A DNA stretch of 64,000 nt, taken from positions 289,168,001 through 289,232,000 of the forward strand of contig JBNRSN020000002.1 of assembly GCA_051313645.2 (NCBI GenBank), written 5' to 3'. Positions 24,045 to 36,755 of the stretch are shown here, piece after piece (position 1 is the first letter of the stretch; each line of letters begins with the position of its first letter). Position numbers and translations under genes: made by a program. The notes beneath the pieces were generated by a model. That model ran no database searches. It had not been told where the DNA came from and worked only from the letters and a program-made list of their open reading frames with translations. Source of the stretch: Centroscyllium fabricii. Taxonomy: Eukaryota.

Positions 24045-26479
24045 AGATCCACGGACTTTTTTACTTTTCTCTTTTTTTAATATATATTCTTTTTCTCCTC
24101 CGGCCAGAGTTACGTTAGCTGCACTCACGGTAGTTGCCTGGCCCGCACAATACTATGTCCGCTGTCTGCGTCGCAGCTAGCCAACTATCAAAATGCTATT
24201 GATGTTGCTAGCTGAGTGGCCCGCTCGTCGCCATTTCCAATATCACGGCTGTAGGTTCGAATGTCTATCTCCGTCCTTTTAGAGAGTACAACAGCCGCCT
24301 CATCGCCAGTATTGCATCTTGACCGAACAGTAATGAGTAGAGGAGACAGAATGTACTTTTAACTATTTACTGAGTAAGTTGATCTACATTACAGCACATG
24401 GTCTGCAAAGCAGAGCCCCCAAAACGAAAGTGAAGCTAAAGTCAACAGGACCCCCCAGGCCCCTCCCTTCCGGTAACACCCAGGCACTGGGACAAACTTA
24501 ATTAAAGCAAACTCAAAACGCAACATAGATTAAATGAAGATTTAATGGAGAGCAACCCTCCATGGTGAGTCCACTGGAGATAATATTCAGCATAAATGGT
24601 TTCTGGTTTTGTCAGACAAGCAGCCAGCGCAGATTCAACAGCACTTGAATTATTAACTTCACACTGAAGTGCAGTCTCAACCAACAACGGGAACTGCACA
24701 ACAATTCACCCATCAGCATTGTTTAGGCATAACCATTGTGGTAACCGTAATTACCAGTCTGTATATAGTTATGTGTTCATCAGTGGCTCTGTACATTGTG
24801 GGTTCATATATGGATGTATTCACCTGTAACCCTGTATATTGTGTGTAAGGCCAGGTACTCATCTTTCTTGTCTTGATTGACGATATGTCAACCATCAAGA
24901 AGACAGCATTTACATTTATACCTCTTTGTTTTTCTTCAAATTATTCTGCAAAAATACTGTCTATGTCTAAGATATCAAAACTGAAGACACCAGTCTCTTG
25001 TAACATCCTCCAACTCATGCCATCATAGTCCTTGTTTCAGATGGTTCAAGAGTAATTTCAAAGTGTAAACAGAATAAAGGATGCATTGCATATCAATGCA
25101 CCTCCCTGAGTTGTGTTGGGCATCACTAGTGTAGGCGTATCAGCTAAAGAGTATAGAGTGAAGGTTCACACTCTACAGTCAATTCTTATTGAGCAGGTGA
25201 ATTTAGCATCAAGAACATGTTTGTAGTCGGCGTCTCTCTCAACTGGATTCCTCCTTCCTCTCTTTCTTTCTCAGTCTTGTTTTTTCTAATTAATCCCACA
25301 AACCATACCTGGGGATATATTGCTACAAAGCTGATTGCTTTTAACGGGTTGTCTAAAACTTTACAAACATACCCAATATCACTCAGGAGAGGGGATAATA
25401 TTTACTTATGCTTTCCTAATCTAATGTGAATATCAACATCAGTACTTGGCTATCCAATTAGTTCCATTCCCCTGCTATTGCCCCGTAGCCCTTCAATTTT
25501 TTTCCTTTTCAAGTATATATCCAATTCCCCTTTGAAAATTATTATTGAATCTGCTCCCACCATCCTTTCATGATTCCAAATCATCAAAACTCACTGCGTA
25601 AAAAAAAATCTTATCTTTCCTCTGGTTCTTTTGCCAATTTTCTTAAATCTGTGTCCTGTGATTACTGACACACCCACCCACCAGTTTCTTGTTATACACT
25701 CTAACAATCAGAATACCGTACAACAGGGTAAAAAAAAGAAGAGAGAACTCAAAATGATCAAAAAGAAAATGTAACTATAAATATAAAACAAGATCAAACA
25801 GCTGCAGCCCAGAAATCAATGCGGCAGAGAGATTTAACAAAATATAAAGTGCTGCAGAATATAAATGTTATTCTGCAACACCTGTCCTCTGAACCTCTCG
25901 ATTAAAGACTTCCATTTGCCACAATACTTCTGCAGCTGCCGATTTGCTCAACCATTCTCTCAGCTCCACCAGTGCCCTCAGTAAATCTTTTACTGCCTCC
26001 CGTCCTGGTCATTCCTCCTGGTGTGGCCCCCATCTTCACTCCCTCTAGTTCAAGGAGCGCAGACACTGAGCAGATCTGGCACACAATCGTGTCTTGCTCT
26101 CCAACTTCATTCCCCTGTCTGGCTACTGTCTCCTATTTTAATTGAACCAATAAGGAGACACTGAGTTACCCCAGTGTCATCAATGCAAATAAAACTAATC
26201 TAATAAAAGTGCCACCTTTTTAGAGAGGCACAAACAATAAATACCCAAATCATAAAAAAAACCAAAAGGAAACTTATTAAATTTAATAAGAATGTTGTCT
26301 CCACTGTGCCGTCCATTCCCCGGTCGCGGAAGGCCTCAGGCGTACCGGCGGACACCGCATCCTCCTTTTTCAGGGCCACCCGGGTGCAGATAGAGCCACA
26401 GAAGAGAGGCAGGCAGCCGGAACGAACACTCCCGATGTTGGCCATCGTCTCAGGCTGAACCGGATGACTCGCCGCCTCG

Positions 26480-27130
26480 GCATCCTATTTGACCCTAAAC
26501 TGAGCATCTGACGACTATATTCGCTCTATCACTAAGACTGCCTACTTCCACCTCTGTAACAATGCCCGCCTCTGATTCAGCCCACCTGCTGCTGAAACCC
26601 TCACCCATGCTTTTTTCATCTCCAGACTCGACAATACCAATGCTCTCCTGGTCAGCCTCCGATCCTCTCCCCTCCCTAAACTTCAGCTTATCCAAAAAAT
26701 ATGCTGCTCATATCCCATCTAGCACCAGGTCCTGCTCACCCTGTCCTCCCTAACATACATTGGCTCCAGGTTCCGCAACTCCTCAAATTTATGGCCTCAA
26801 CCATCCCTATCTCTAACCTCTCCCAGCCCTACAACCCCTCCTAAAACTTTCCATTTCTCTGATTCTCACCTTTTGTGCATTCCCACCCTTCACCCCACTG
26901 CCCACTGTCAGTAGCAATGCCTTTAGCTGCCTCGGCCTCACATGCTGAAAATTCCCTCCTTAAACCTCTCTGCATCTCCATCTCCTTTAAGACACTCTTT
27001 GACCAGGCTTCTGGTCACCATTCCTAATATTTGCTTCTTTGGCTCGGCAACCATTTTTCTGTACTCCTCTGTGAAGCACCCCAGGATATTTGTTCTACCT
27101 TAAAAGGTGCTATATGAATGCAAGTTGTTA
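26480..27130 (+). mobile_element. L2 LINE 3' fragment, old
   Basis: TAYFHL.NxA and AETLTHAF..SRLD-type remnants; L2 tail GGTGCTATATGAATGCAAGTTGTT. Confidence 0.75.
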
Positions 27131-27984
27131 TTGTTCTAACTATCTATCATTATAAATAGTCTGTACATGATATTACTTTCGTTGCTTCTCTCCTCCTTTA
27201 TTTACCCCCACTTTTTTTCCCTGACTGGCCTCAGTTGCTGTTTCTCAACAACTTTAGCCAGGAGAGCAGCAAGGTCTCGTCTCCACAGACAGCAGCAGTG
27301 ATGCTCCATGACTATTATATACAGTGATGATTTGCTTCTGTGAATCAGATCTCATCATTGTCCTATTACCCCTTTATTATCCTTGCTTGGTGAAGATTTG
27401 GGACCTTTCGGAAGCCATGAATGGGATTTACAGCACCTTTAAGCTGGTGGCAATCCCATTGAGGCCTTACAAGGGTATACTCGGCGGCATTCCTGGGGTA
27501 ACCAAAGAACGCTTTCAGATACTGCCTTATGTTGTCAGGGGAATAGGTGAAAATTTTCTCCTGAACCCCCCTCCACCTCTTTACTGGAAAATGGCTGTAT
27601 ACAAGAAATGGGCTTGCACCCCAATTCTGGCAACGGTTGAGCAATTTGCCCTCTATTTGTCGTGCACACAGATTAGAATTTCAAGCCTCAAGTTTCTCAA
27701 ACAAGTAACATGGCAGCTTTTCAGCAGAAGTTTCACAAAAATGTTTTTCTTCGCTGTTCCAGAAACCGAGGCTGCCGCTCTCCAAACTCCTCAACCTGGT
27801 GACCCTGACCTTAGAAGGACTTTTTGAGCTGCAGCTACATTGGTTTAAGCAAGATATGTGTGAATATTTACATTATATATATCTGGAATTCAAATAAGAG
27901 GCAAAACCACAGAACTGTGCATGCAGCCCCTAAAAATAATATAATGGTCTCTGTATGTTTAATCTATTATTGGATTTCAATACT

Positions 27985-29203
27985 AGAAAGAAACAATGTG
28001 CATTTATATAGCGTTTTATGACCTCAAGGGGGATAAATTCGGTGGCTTGCGCCTGCCGTTAGCGCCTTAAGAGGGCGCTAATGGGGCACAAGGCACTTAG
28101 CGCCTGGGCTGGCGCCTCCTGTGATATTCATTGGGGCGCTGACGTGGGCAGTAGTCGGTAGCGCCCCACTGACTATTAGCTGCTGTTCGCCGCCGGGGAT
28201 GACATCATAAGAACGTGCAACGACCCTCTCGTGCCCAAGGGAGCGAAATTGAGTCGCGCCCGCTGACTTTCGGGCGGACACTGCCCGCGACAGCTTCAGC
28301 CTGTCATAACTGCAGCGGGGGAGCGCTGCTTAAAGGGGAGGGTGTCGGGCGGCCATTTTTGTTGCTGGCCGACTGCCAGCACCTTCCCCCTCTACCGCCC
28401 CCGGCCTCCCCCGCTGCCCACCCCCCCGCGGTCTGCTGCCTCTACTCACTGAGCTCGGCACTTCCCTCGAGTGCCGGGCTCCTTCAGTGTCATGGCGTCC
28501 CATGGCAGCCCCGCGGGGCTCCGGCTGAAACTGCGCTAGGCCCCACCTTTAATCAGGGAGGAAGGCCTGCAGTACCGCGGCACGGCACCCTGTGCTGCGT
28601 GTCGCTTCAGCCCACAGCGCCGGAACTTCGGTTGTGGTGCCTAAAGAACGAGGTCGGGCGCCTGCAGTTGCGCCCGACCTCCTACTATGGGCGCTACAAC
28701 CCCGAATATCAGTGATAACGGCGCCAGTGGTAGGCAGGCGCTAAAAGTAGCGCTGCTCCGAGGTTACCGCCACTAAACGTGCGCGACCGAATTTTTCCCC
28801 CATAGACTTCTCAAAACACTTCACAGCCAATTAAATACTTTTGCAGTGTGGTCACTGTTGTAATGTAGGAAACACGGCAGCCAATTTACATAGAGCTAGG
28901 TCCCATAAACAGCAATGAGATAATGACCAGATAATCTGTTTCTTGGTGATGTTGGTTGAGGAATAAATATTGGCCAGGACACTGGGGAGAGCTCCCCTGC
29001 TCTTCTTCAAATAGTGTCATGAGATCCTTTATGTCCACCTGAGTGGGCAGACAGGGCCTCAGTTTAACGTCTCATCCGAAAGACGGCACCACCAACAGTA
29101 CTGCACAGGAGTGTCAGCCTAGATTATGTGCTCAAGTCTCTGGAGTGGGACTTCAACCCACAATCTTCTGACTCCGAGGCAAGAGTGTGAGCACTGAGCC
29201 AAG
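27985..29203 (-). mobile_element. Deu-domain SINE (SacSINE1-like) interrupted by a MITE
   Basis: GCAGACAGGGCCTCAGTTTAACGTCTCATCCGAAAGACGGCACC Deu core at about 29047-29090; tRNA-like head near 29145-29203. Confidence 0.72.
28028..28801. mobile_element. GC-rich MITE
   Basis: TIRs GGGGGATAAATTCGGT and ACCGAATTTTTCCCCC match 15/16. Confidence 0.82.
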
Positions 29204-30878
29204 GCAAACTGTCTACACATGAAAAACTAACCATGCAAAATTCATAATGAACATATTTACTCAACTTCCAATCCAGTTGAAAAAGATTTTCACCTATATG
29301 TGGACAGGATGAATTTCTAAAAAGCAGGATAACAGAAACATTTGGAACCAACTGAGACCTGTAACAAGAATTGAATATACATAACTTTGGTATATATTCA
29401 AAGATCTCTCTCAAACCTGTGAATACCAGTTTAATATTGAGAGTGAGAATTATGATTGGCAAAGTGATGTAGGTTGCAAAACCATTCAAATATGCAGAGC
29501 AGTGACATGGATCTGCTGTATGGAACATGCTGTCAACATCCCGAAGAAATATTAATGCCAGGCAAACTGTATTGCTACCGCTAGATTGAAGGAGATATTG
29601 AATATATGTCTGACACTAGACCACAGGGAAATACAGTACCTGCTGCTAGATTGTCCTTCACTCAGCTGGATGAATATTGTCTGGGTCCCCAGAAAAAAAG
29701 AATTAAATGATGCAGGTCACTGTGGTAAAACCCAGCCGTGGCACCGTGTGTGATTCCAGTTTTGCAACTAGCTGCAGCTTTAATTGTTCCAAATTAATTA
29801 TGTCTGCTGAAACATCATGTTGTAAACAAAATAACAGGTTTTGTGAGGCTGGTTTAAAGACTGCCACGCTGCAATGAAATCTCAGAGCAATAATCTCGAA
29901 CAGGCAAATGGAGACAGCTGGAAGACAACTGTAAAATGTCAGCCTGGCAAAAGTACAAGCTTCTTGGCTTACTTAGCTATGACTTGCTTCATCAAAGTAT
30001 GTAGAATTGGTCAGCTCAAAGGATTAGAAGACAAAATCCTTGACGTATCGTCAAGATCTTCAATTAAAAGAGTCGACGCGTAGTTACCGAAACTAAAGGC
30101 TTTTAATTACTAAAGAACGGAGCTACTCTCCTTACGAACTACTATACAGGAATGGATGGAGCCTCGGTCAGACCACACCTATATCGGGGCCTCACCTGGG
30201 GGAGGAGTCGGGGGTGTGGCTGACCTGGTTCCCAGCAGTGTCATAGTAAACAGGGCTGTGCCTAACATCTGCACAGCCCATCATTAGCAATGGTGATACA
30301 GTGGTAATATAGTTGTAAGACGGTTACCACATTCACCCCTTCTTAAAAACTTTGAGTCCGGGGTGGGTGAATGGATCGAACAGTTCATAATTAGTCTGTC
30401 CGGCGGTCGTGTCTGCCTGGCGGACCGCCGGAGCTCCGGTGTTGGTGGTGATGCCTCCCTGGTAGAATAGCCCGCATCTGTCGGCACTGTGACTTCAGGT
30501 TGCGGTGGGCTCGGCTGGGCCCCGGCGTCCGGGACGTAGTCGGGGAAACTCGGGGGCCATCTTGCGTCTGGTGGTTGGTCGACCTGCTGGCCAGCAGGAG
30601 GCGCTGTGGTGGTGTTTCCGGCCGGGGCCAGGTCCCTGATGGACACAGTGTCCTCACGCCCGTCTGGGAACTGCACAAAGGCGTAGTGCGGGTTGGCGTG
30701 TAGGAGCTGTACCTTGTCCACCAGGGGGTCCATCTTGTGGCTCCGGACGTGCCTTTTAAGCAAAACCGGCCCCGGAGTCGTCAGCCATGGAGGGAGTGCC
30801 GTCCCCGAAGTCGACCTCCTGTTAAACGAGAAAATAAGATCGTGCGGGGTGGCGTTAGTAGCAGTACATAACAGTGAT

Positions 30879-31559
30879 CTTCTTCTTTCGTTTGCTTCAG
30901 TATCCCGTTGTCAGATCACCAGCTCGGTTGAGGAAAGCCATGCTAGCGTTTCGTCGTCTAGAGCAGCTATGCCGGCTTCGCCGTTGGGTGGTCGATGTTT
31001 TAGACATGACTCGATGATGTGATCGACTGTCTGTTCAGGGTGACCACAGTCGCAGACAGCCGAGTCCCTGAGTCCCCATCCTTTCATGGTCGCGGCGAAA
31101 CGGCCGACACCAGTCCTGAGGCGGTTGAGCATTGTCCACTGCCGGCGAGGGAGGTCCATGCCCAGTAGTTCATCCGGCTCCTCCACAAATCTGTGCAGCC
31201 TTGATTGATCTGCTGCCTGCCATTCCTTCGTCCAGCGGCGTTTAAGCCAGGTTCGTTTTGTGACATCACCGGGTGTTGAATGCAGGAGCTGGTGGGCGTG
31301 CTCCGCGAATGGGCGTCGTGACTTCAGGCGAGCTCGTGGAGGGATCTCTGTGACGAACTTGTGGAGAAGGTGGTCCTCATCGTTGGTGGCTTTTCGGGAC
31401 AGTGCAAGGACAGCTGCTTCACGGCGCAGGGTTGGTGGTGCGATGCCGGCGAGTATCGGTAGTTGGTTGACCGGCGTGGCGCGCAGGCAGCCAGAGACTG
31501 TGCGTAAGGCGGTGTTGAGCGTTGTGTCCAGCTTCTTGGTGTGGGAGCTCCTGCACCAG
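30879..31559 (-). mobile_element. Vingi/Ingi-like non-LTR 3' fragment nested in the Gypsy integrase
   Basis: RLKSRRPF, LNRLRTGVGRF and CDCG..QTVDHII..C motifs; GAAGAAG tail; TSD ACAGTGAT at 30871 and 31560. Confidence 0.8.
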
Positions 31560-33937
31560 ACAGTGATCTGATAGAGTGCAGCGCATCTGGGAGGACTGCC
31601 TGCCAATGGGACACTGGAAGGCCTCTGGACTTCAGAGCCAGGGTGACCGCCTTCCAGATAATCCCATTCTCTCTTTCTACCTGGCCGTTCCCCCGGGGGT
31701 TGTAACTGGTCGTTCTGCTCGTGGCAACCCCTCTCTGGAGCAGAAACTGGCGCAGTTCATCGCTCATGAACGATGACCCCCGGTTGCTATGGATGTAGCT
31801 GGGGAGACCGAAAATGGCGAACAGCATGGTGAAGTGTTTGATCACCGTTGCGCTCGTCATGTCTGGACATGGGAAGGTGAAGGGGAAGCGGGAGAACTCA
31901 TCTACTACCGTGAGGAAGTATGAGTTGCGGTCGGTGGAAGGGAGGGGGCCTTTGAAGTCCACGCTGAGACGTTCAAAGGGGCGGGTGGCCTTGATGAGGT
32001 GCGTCGTGTCTGGCCGGAAAAAGTGGGGTTTGCACTCGGCGCAGACAGGGCACTCTCGGGTTATAGCCTTGATCTCCGTGATGGAGTAGGGGAGGCTACG
32101 GGATTTGACGAAATGGGCGAGTCTGGTGACACCCGGGTGGCAAAGGCGGTCGTGGAGGTCCTTCAGCCAGTCTAGCTGGGCACTGGCGCACGTTCCCCTG
32201 GACAGTGCGTCCGGGGGTTCGTTGAGTTTGCCTGGTCGGTAAAGAATGTCGTACTCGTAAGTCGAGAGTTCGATCCGCCACCGCAGGATCTTATCATTCT
32301 TGATTTTACCCCGTAGTTTATTGTTAAACATAAACGCCACCGACCGTTGGTCGGTGAGCAGGGTAAAACGCTTACCGGCCAGGTAATGGCGCCAGTAGCG
32401 CACGGCCTCCACGATGGCCTGGGCCTCCTTTTCCACTGCTGAGTGGCGAGTTTCGGGTCCCTGTAAGGTGCGGGAGAAAAACGCTACGGGCCTGCCTGCC
32501 TGATTCAGGGTGGCAGCAAGGGCAAAGTCCAAAGCGTCACTCTCCACCTGGAAAGGGATGGATTCATCAACAGCGAGCATGGTCGCCTTGATAATATCTT
32601 CCTTTATCCTTGCAAATGCCGTTTGGGCTTCTACAGAAAGGGGGAAGACTTGAGGAGTGGTCTAGCCTTATCTGCGAACTGTGGGACCCATTGTGCATAA
32701 TAGGAGAAAAATCCTAGACATCTCCTCAAGGCTTTGGGGTTGTGAGGTAGGGGCAGTTCTTGCAAGGGTCGCATACGCTGTGGGTCGGGGCCGAGGACCC
32801 CGTTCTCCACCACGTATCCGAGGATGGTGAGCCGGGCTGTATTAAAGACACATTTATCTTTGATATACGTGAGGTCTAGCTTAGCCGCCGTGGCGAGGAA
32901 TTTGGCCAGATTGGCATCGTGGTCCTGCTGGTCGTGGCCGCAGATGGTCACGTTGTCCAGGTAAGGGAAGGTGGCCTGCAAGTCATTTTGGTCGACCATA
33001 CGGTCCATCTCCCGTTGGAACACTGACACTCCGTTGGTCACGCCAAAGGGGACCCAGAGGAAGTGGTAGAGCCGACCGTTCGCCTCGAAGGCGGTGTAGG
33101 GGCGGTCGGCTTTCCGAATCGGGAGCTGATGATACGCCGATTTAAGGTCGATCGTAGAGAACACCTTGTACTGGGCGATCTGATTGACCATTTCTGAGAT
33201 GCGGGGAAGGGGGTAGGCGTCGAGCCCGGTGTAGCGGTTGATAGTCTGGCTGTAATCGATAACCAGCCGCTGTTTTTCCCCAGACTTCACCACTACAACT
33301 TGGGCGTGCCAGGGGCTGGTGCTGGCTTCAATAATCCCCTCCTTCAGCATCCGCCCGACCTCCGACCTGATAAACGTGCGATCCCCCTCACTGTACCGCC
33401 GACTCTTAGTGGCAATAGGTTTGCACTTTGGATCGAGGTTGGCGAACAGCGAGGGGGGGTCGATTTTCAGGGTGGAGAGGCCGCAGGCCAGGGTCCGCTT
33501 TGGGGGGAGATTGTCCCGGCTACTGAGGGTGAGGGGGGGTAAGGTCCCGCCGAACTCCATTGTCACATTCCTGAAGTGGCACTGGAAATCCAAACCTAGT
33601 AAGGCTGGGGCACACAACTGTTGGAGGGTATACAATTTAAAATTACGGTACACGCGCCCCTGGACGGTGAGCGTGACGGAGCAGTAGCCGGTGACGTCCG
33701 CGGTGTGGGACTGTGAAGCTAGTGAGATTTGGTAGTTGGTGGGCAGGACCTGCAGTCCGCAGCGCCGCACTGTATGGGGGTGAATAAAACTCTCAGTGCT
33801 GCCTGTGTCGAAAAGGCAGTCGACAGTATGATTATTAACGCCAATCGGTCTTATTGAGTTAGACAGGTGATGGGGCCTGCCTTGACTAACTCTGGTTCTG
33901 GCTGCAGCAGCCCCTGCTGATAGGGACTGTGCACAAA

Positions 33938-34445
33938 ATGGCGCCGCCCCTGGCTCGCACATGGAGGGGCCCTGGATGCAAGATGGCGCCGCCCCTGGCT
34001 CGCACATGGAGGGGCCCTGGATGCAAGATGGCGTCGCCCCTGGCCCGCAGCTGGTGGGACCCCGTATAAAAGATGGCGCCGTCCCTGGCTCGCACATGGA
34101 GGGGCCCTGGAAACAAGATGGCGTCGCCCCTGGCCCGCAGCTGATGGGGCCCCGTACAAAAGATGGCACTGTCCCTGGCTCGCACATGGAGGGGCACTGG
34201 TTGTGTAATGGCGTTACTGAGGGGCCCTGTGAACGCGCTGGCGGCGCCCGTGATTCGCATGCAGCGAACCGCGGTGAACGCGCTAGCGGCGCCCGTGATT
34301 CGCACGCAGCGAACCGCGGTGGTCGGGTTGGCGGTGCCCGTGATTCGCACGCAGCGAACCGCGGTGGTCGGGTTGGCGGTGCCCGTGATTCGCACGCAGC
34401 GAACCGCGGTGATCGGGTTGGCGGTGCCCGTGGTTCGCACGCAGC
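33938..34445 (-). repeat. Two in-frame 45-bp (15-aa) tandem arrays in the Gag-PR linker
   Basis: FAACESRAPPTRPPR about 5 times; SMCEPGAAPSCIQGP-type about 6 times. Confidence 0.9.
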
Positions 34446-35904
34446 CGGCCGCGTTGGGGGGTCGCGCTTGGCCGGTCGCCGCTGCATCGGTGTGGGGGAT
34501 GGGGGCGCTTGTCGATTACCCCCGTACCGTCGCTGAATCGCGCTGCTAAGGCAGCTTACCTGATCTCTGTCGGTGCTCTCACAGGCTGCACTGTTGTACC
34601 TTTTATTAAACGCTGCTGGAGACGCTGCTGGAGACGCTGCTGGAGCTGATTTGCAAACCTTAGCGTTGTGTCCCTTCTTTGCGCATTTCTTGCAGGTCGC
34701 TGTCCTGGCTGGGCATTTTGATCTAGGATGCAGTCCCTGGCCACAGAAGTAACAGTGCTTCCTTTTAACATCTTCAGTGGCCGTCGCGGCCATCGTGGGT
34801 GTCTCGGCCCGTGGCGCCCAGGCCTGGGCCTGTTGAGGCGCGGCCCATATGTTGTAGGCTTGCGGGTTGGTGCCGCTGTACGCCTGTAACTTTTTGCGGG
34901 CCCCCTCAACCGATTTGGCTAACGTGGTTGCCTCATCGAGGGTTAGATTGTCTCTTTCTAGTAGCCGCTGGCGGGCTTCCACACGCCTTAGTTCTGTTAC
35001 ATAAGCGTCCCGAGCGAGGAGTTCTTCCTCCTCTGCAATAGTTGTGCCTTTGCAGCCACAGGCCCGTACCAGGGCTAGGAGCGCTTGCTCAAACTCTTCG
35101 TTCGACTCACCCGGTAGTTGAGGTCTAGTCGCTAGCACATGTCGGGCGTAGACCGAATGGACCGGGCGCACGTAGCATTTCTTTAAAATCTTAACGGTCG
35201 CTTCGTAGGTTGTGGCGTTCCTGACGAGGGTGAATACTCTGCTGGAGATCCTAGATCGCAGGACATGTAGCATGTCTTTGTCTGCTGTAGCCTCGGTGGC
35301 TTCCATGTAGGCCTCCAGTAGGCCGAACCAGTGTTCGAAGGTGGTGGGAGCAGCAGGGTCCTGGGGGCTGATGTCCAGCTTCTCAGGCTTCACGTTGTAG
35401 CTATCCATTTTAAATAATTTAGTAATTAAAATTGATGTATCGTCAAGATCTTCAATTGAAAGAGTCGACGCGTAGTTACCGAAACTAAAGGCTTTTAATT
35501 ACTAAAGAACGGAGCTACTCTCCTTACGAACTACTATACAGGAATGGATGGAGCCTCGGTCAGACCACACCTATATCGGGGCCTCACCTGGGGGAGGAGT
35601 CGGGGGTGTGGCTGACCTGGTTCCCAGCAGTGTCATAGTAAACAGGGCTGTGCCTAACATCTGCACAGCCCATCATTAGCAATGGTGATACAGTGGTAAT
35701 ATAGTTGTAAGACAGTTATCACAATCCTTTTGTATTTTGTACACAATTTTGTGTCAAACACTATCGACCACAACAAAACCCATGACATTTCTAACATTCA
35801 TGTTTGCACAGATGAGCCTGAATAATTATCTTGAAAGTTCCTAACCCCACTGGAAACAACAAAGATTTTTGATATGTTATTCCTTTAAAAGGTTACACAG
35901 ATCA

Positions 35905-36420
35905 CTTCCAAGGCACATGGCACAAGCCAGGAGTGTGATGGAATACTCTCCACTTGCCTGGATGAAAGCAGCTCCAACGACACTCAAGAAGCTCAACACC
36001 ATCCGGGACAAAGCAGCCCGCTTGATTTGCATCCATTCACCACCTTAAACATTCACTCTCTCCACCACCAGCATACTGTGGCTGTAGTGTGTACCATCTA
36101 CAAGATGCACTGCAGCATCTCACCAAGACCTCTTTGACAGCACCTCCCAAACCCATACTCTCAACCGCCAAGAAGGACAAGGGCAGCACCACTTCCAAGT
36201 TCCGTTCCAAGTCACACACCATCCTGACTTGGTGTGAGCGTTCCTTCATCATTGCTGGGTCAAAGTCCTGGAACTCCCTCCCTAACAGCACTGTGGGAGT
36301 AACTTCACCACACCGATTGCAGCAGTTCAAGAAGGTGGCTCACCACCACCTTCTCCAGGTCAATTACGACTGGGCAATAAACGCTGGCCTTGCCAGCGAC
36401 ACCCAAATCCCATGAACAAA
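35905..36420 (+). mobile_element. CR1/L2-group LINE 3' fragment
   Basis: RSVMEYSPLAWM.AAPTTLKKL.TI.DKAARLI; same family as 42745-43340. Confidence 0.8.
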
Positions 36421-36755
36421 TAAAAAAACAGGATCAAGCCTGGCTCTAATGTCCTCCACAGCTGAATAGCCTGCTGACTTATTCCATGAGGTCTCACACA
36501 TGAATAATGGCCACTTGAAGGAGATACTGGAAGGTGACTACGACTCAGACCTTGAGAGGGAGGTGTCATCATCAGCAGAGAAGGGAAATGGGGAAGCACT
36601 GGAGTGAGAAACATTTCCGTCATGGAATGATAGAATTATACAACACAAAAGGAGGCCTTTTGGCCCATCGTGCCTATGCTGGTTCTTTGAATGAGTTCCA
36701 ATTAGTCCCACTAACTTGCTCTTTCCCCAGAGCCCTTTAAATTTTTACCCTTCAA

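Larger units (their letters stand above)
19644..24525 (-). mobile_element. Full-length Mag-like Gypsy LTR retrotransposon, degenerate
   Basis: LTRs 19644-19836 and 24310-24525; TSD TAGAT; PBS TGGCGATGAGG; PPT GGAGGAAAGGAG. Confidence 0.93.
30340..35408 (-). pseudogene. gag-pol: Gag, repeat linker, PR (DTG), RT (YLDN), RNase H, integrase
   Basis: 925-aa ORF 32631-35408; frameshift near 32640; RNase H-integrase from 32580; integrase split by the LINE at 30879-31559 and resuming to about 30340. Confidence 0.93.
30041..35723 (-). mobile_element. Full-length Gypsy LTR retrotransposon, young, lacking a tRNA PBS
   Basis: 291-bp LTRs 30041-30331 and 35433-35723 (about 4 mismatches); TSD ATCCT; PPT AAGAAGGGGTGAA; gag ATG only 24 nt after the 5' LTR. 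Confidence 0.96.
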
